From contig NC_068990.1 of NCBI RefSeq assembly GCF_001194135.2, positions 59,757,496 through 59,821,495 on the forward strand: 64,000 nucleotides of DNA. The letters run 5' to 3'. Source of the stretch: Octopus bimaculoides (lineage: Eukaryota). The translations under genes and the position numbers were made by a program. Below are positions 63,809 through 64,000 of the stretch, one piece after another. Each line of letters starts with the position of its first letter. Within the stretch, counting starts at the first letter, position 1. The notes beneath the pieces were generated by a model that saw nothing but the letters and a program-made list of their open reading frames with translations, searched no databases and was not told where the DNA came from.

Positions 63809-64000
63809 CCTTCAGAAGAGAAAGGGTAGTGCTTATGATCTTTTCCAAAGCCTCTGTGATTGGCAGGAGGAAGGGAGGAAGTTATTCAGGCCCAAATGCT
63901 TACAAGAAAGTGAATTCAAAGGCACTTAAGGACCAATGTGTTTCTAATATAAACAACATAAAAAGAAATTGCTTGTACAGATCCAAAACCCATTTTGACA

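Overview
AT-rich eukaryotic genomic DNA, dense in microsatellites, with seven scaffold N-gaps. The repeat landscape of tRNA-derived SINEs with (ATT)n/(CAT)n tails, TTAA MITEs and (TA/CA/GA)n tracts looks like an octopus (coleoid cephalopod) assembly; the host is inferred, not shown. Only one convincing protein-coding segment is present: a minus-strand exon (18580-20242) encoding a 7-finger C2H2 zinc-finger protein. It has five N-terminal fingers, an acidic linker and a C-terminal Ikaros/Hunchback-type dimerisation finger pair. Nearly all other ORFs in the track come from microsatellites, N-gaps or decayed transposons. The main finding is two inverted, 5'-truncated dimers of a Penelope/Poseidon-type retroelement (20883-23011 and 52045-53446), each flanked by its own target-site duplication (TSD). 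All four arms end in the same cassette: ORF stop, 73-nt tRNA-like head with Pol III box A/B, (AAT)n, minimal hammerhead ribozyme motif, 3' hairpin. One hammerhead copy (53355-53400) is canonical. A second, unrelated hammerhead-like motif lies in a small palindrome that runs into an assembly gap (25512-25696). Also present: a near full-length fossil Charlie/SPIN-type hAT transposon, a 684-bp hAT MITE with a perfect 8-bp TSD, ten copies of one TTAA MITE, several SINE families with nested insertions, SINE-derived minisatellites, and a hairpin of at least 56 bp at the left edge. All structures were read by eye; no folding, alignment or database search was run.
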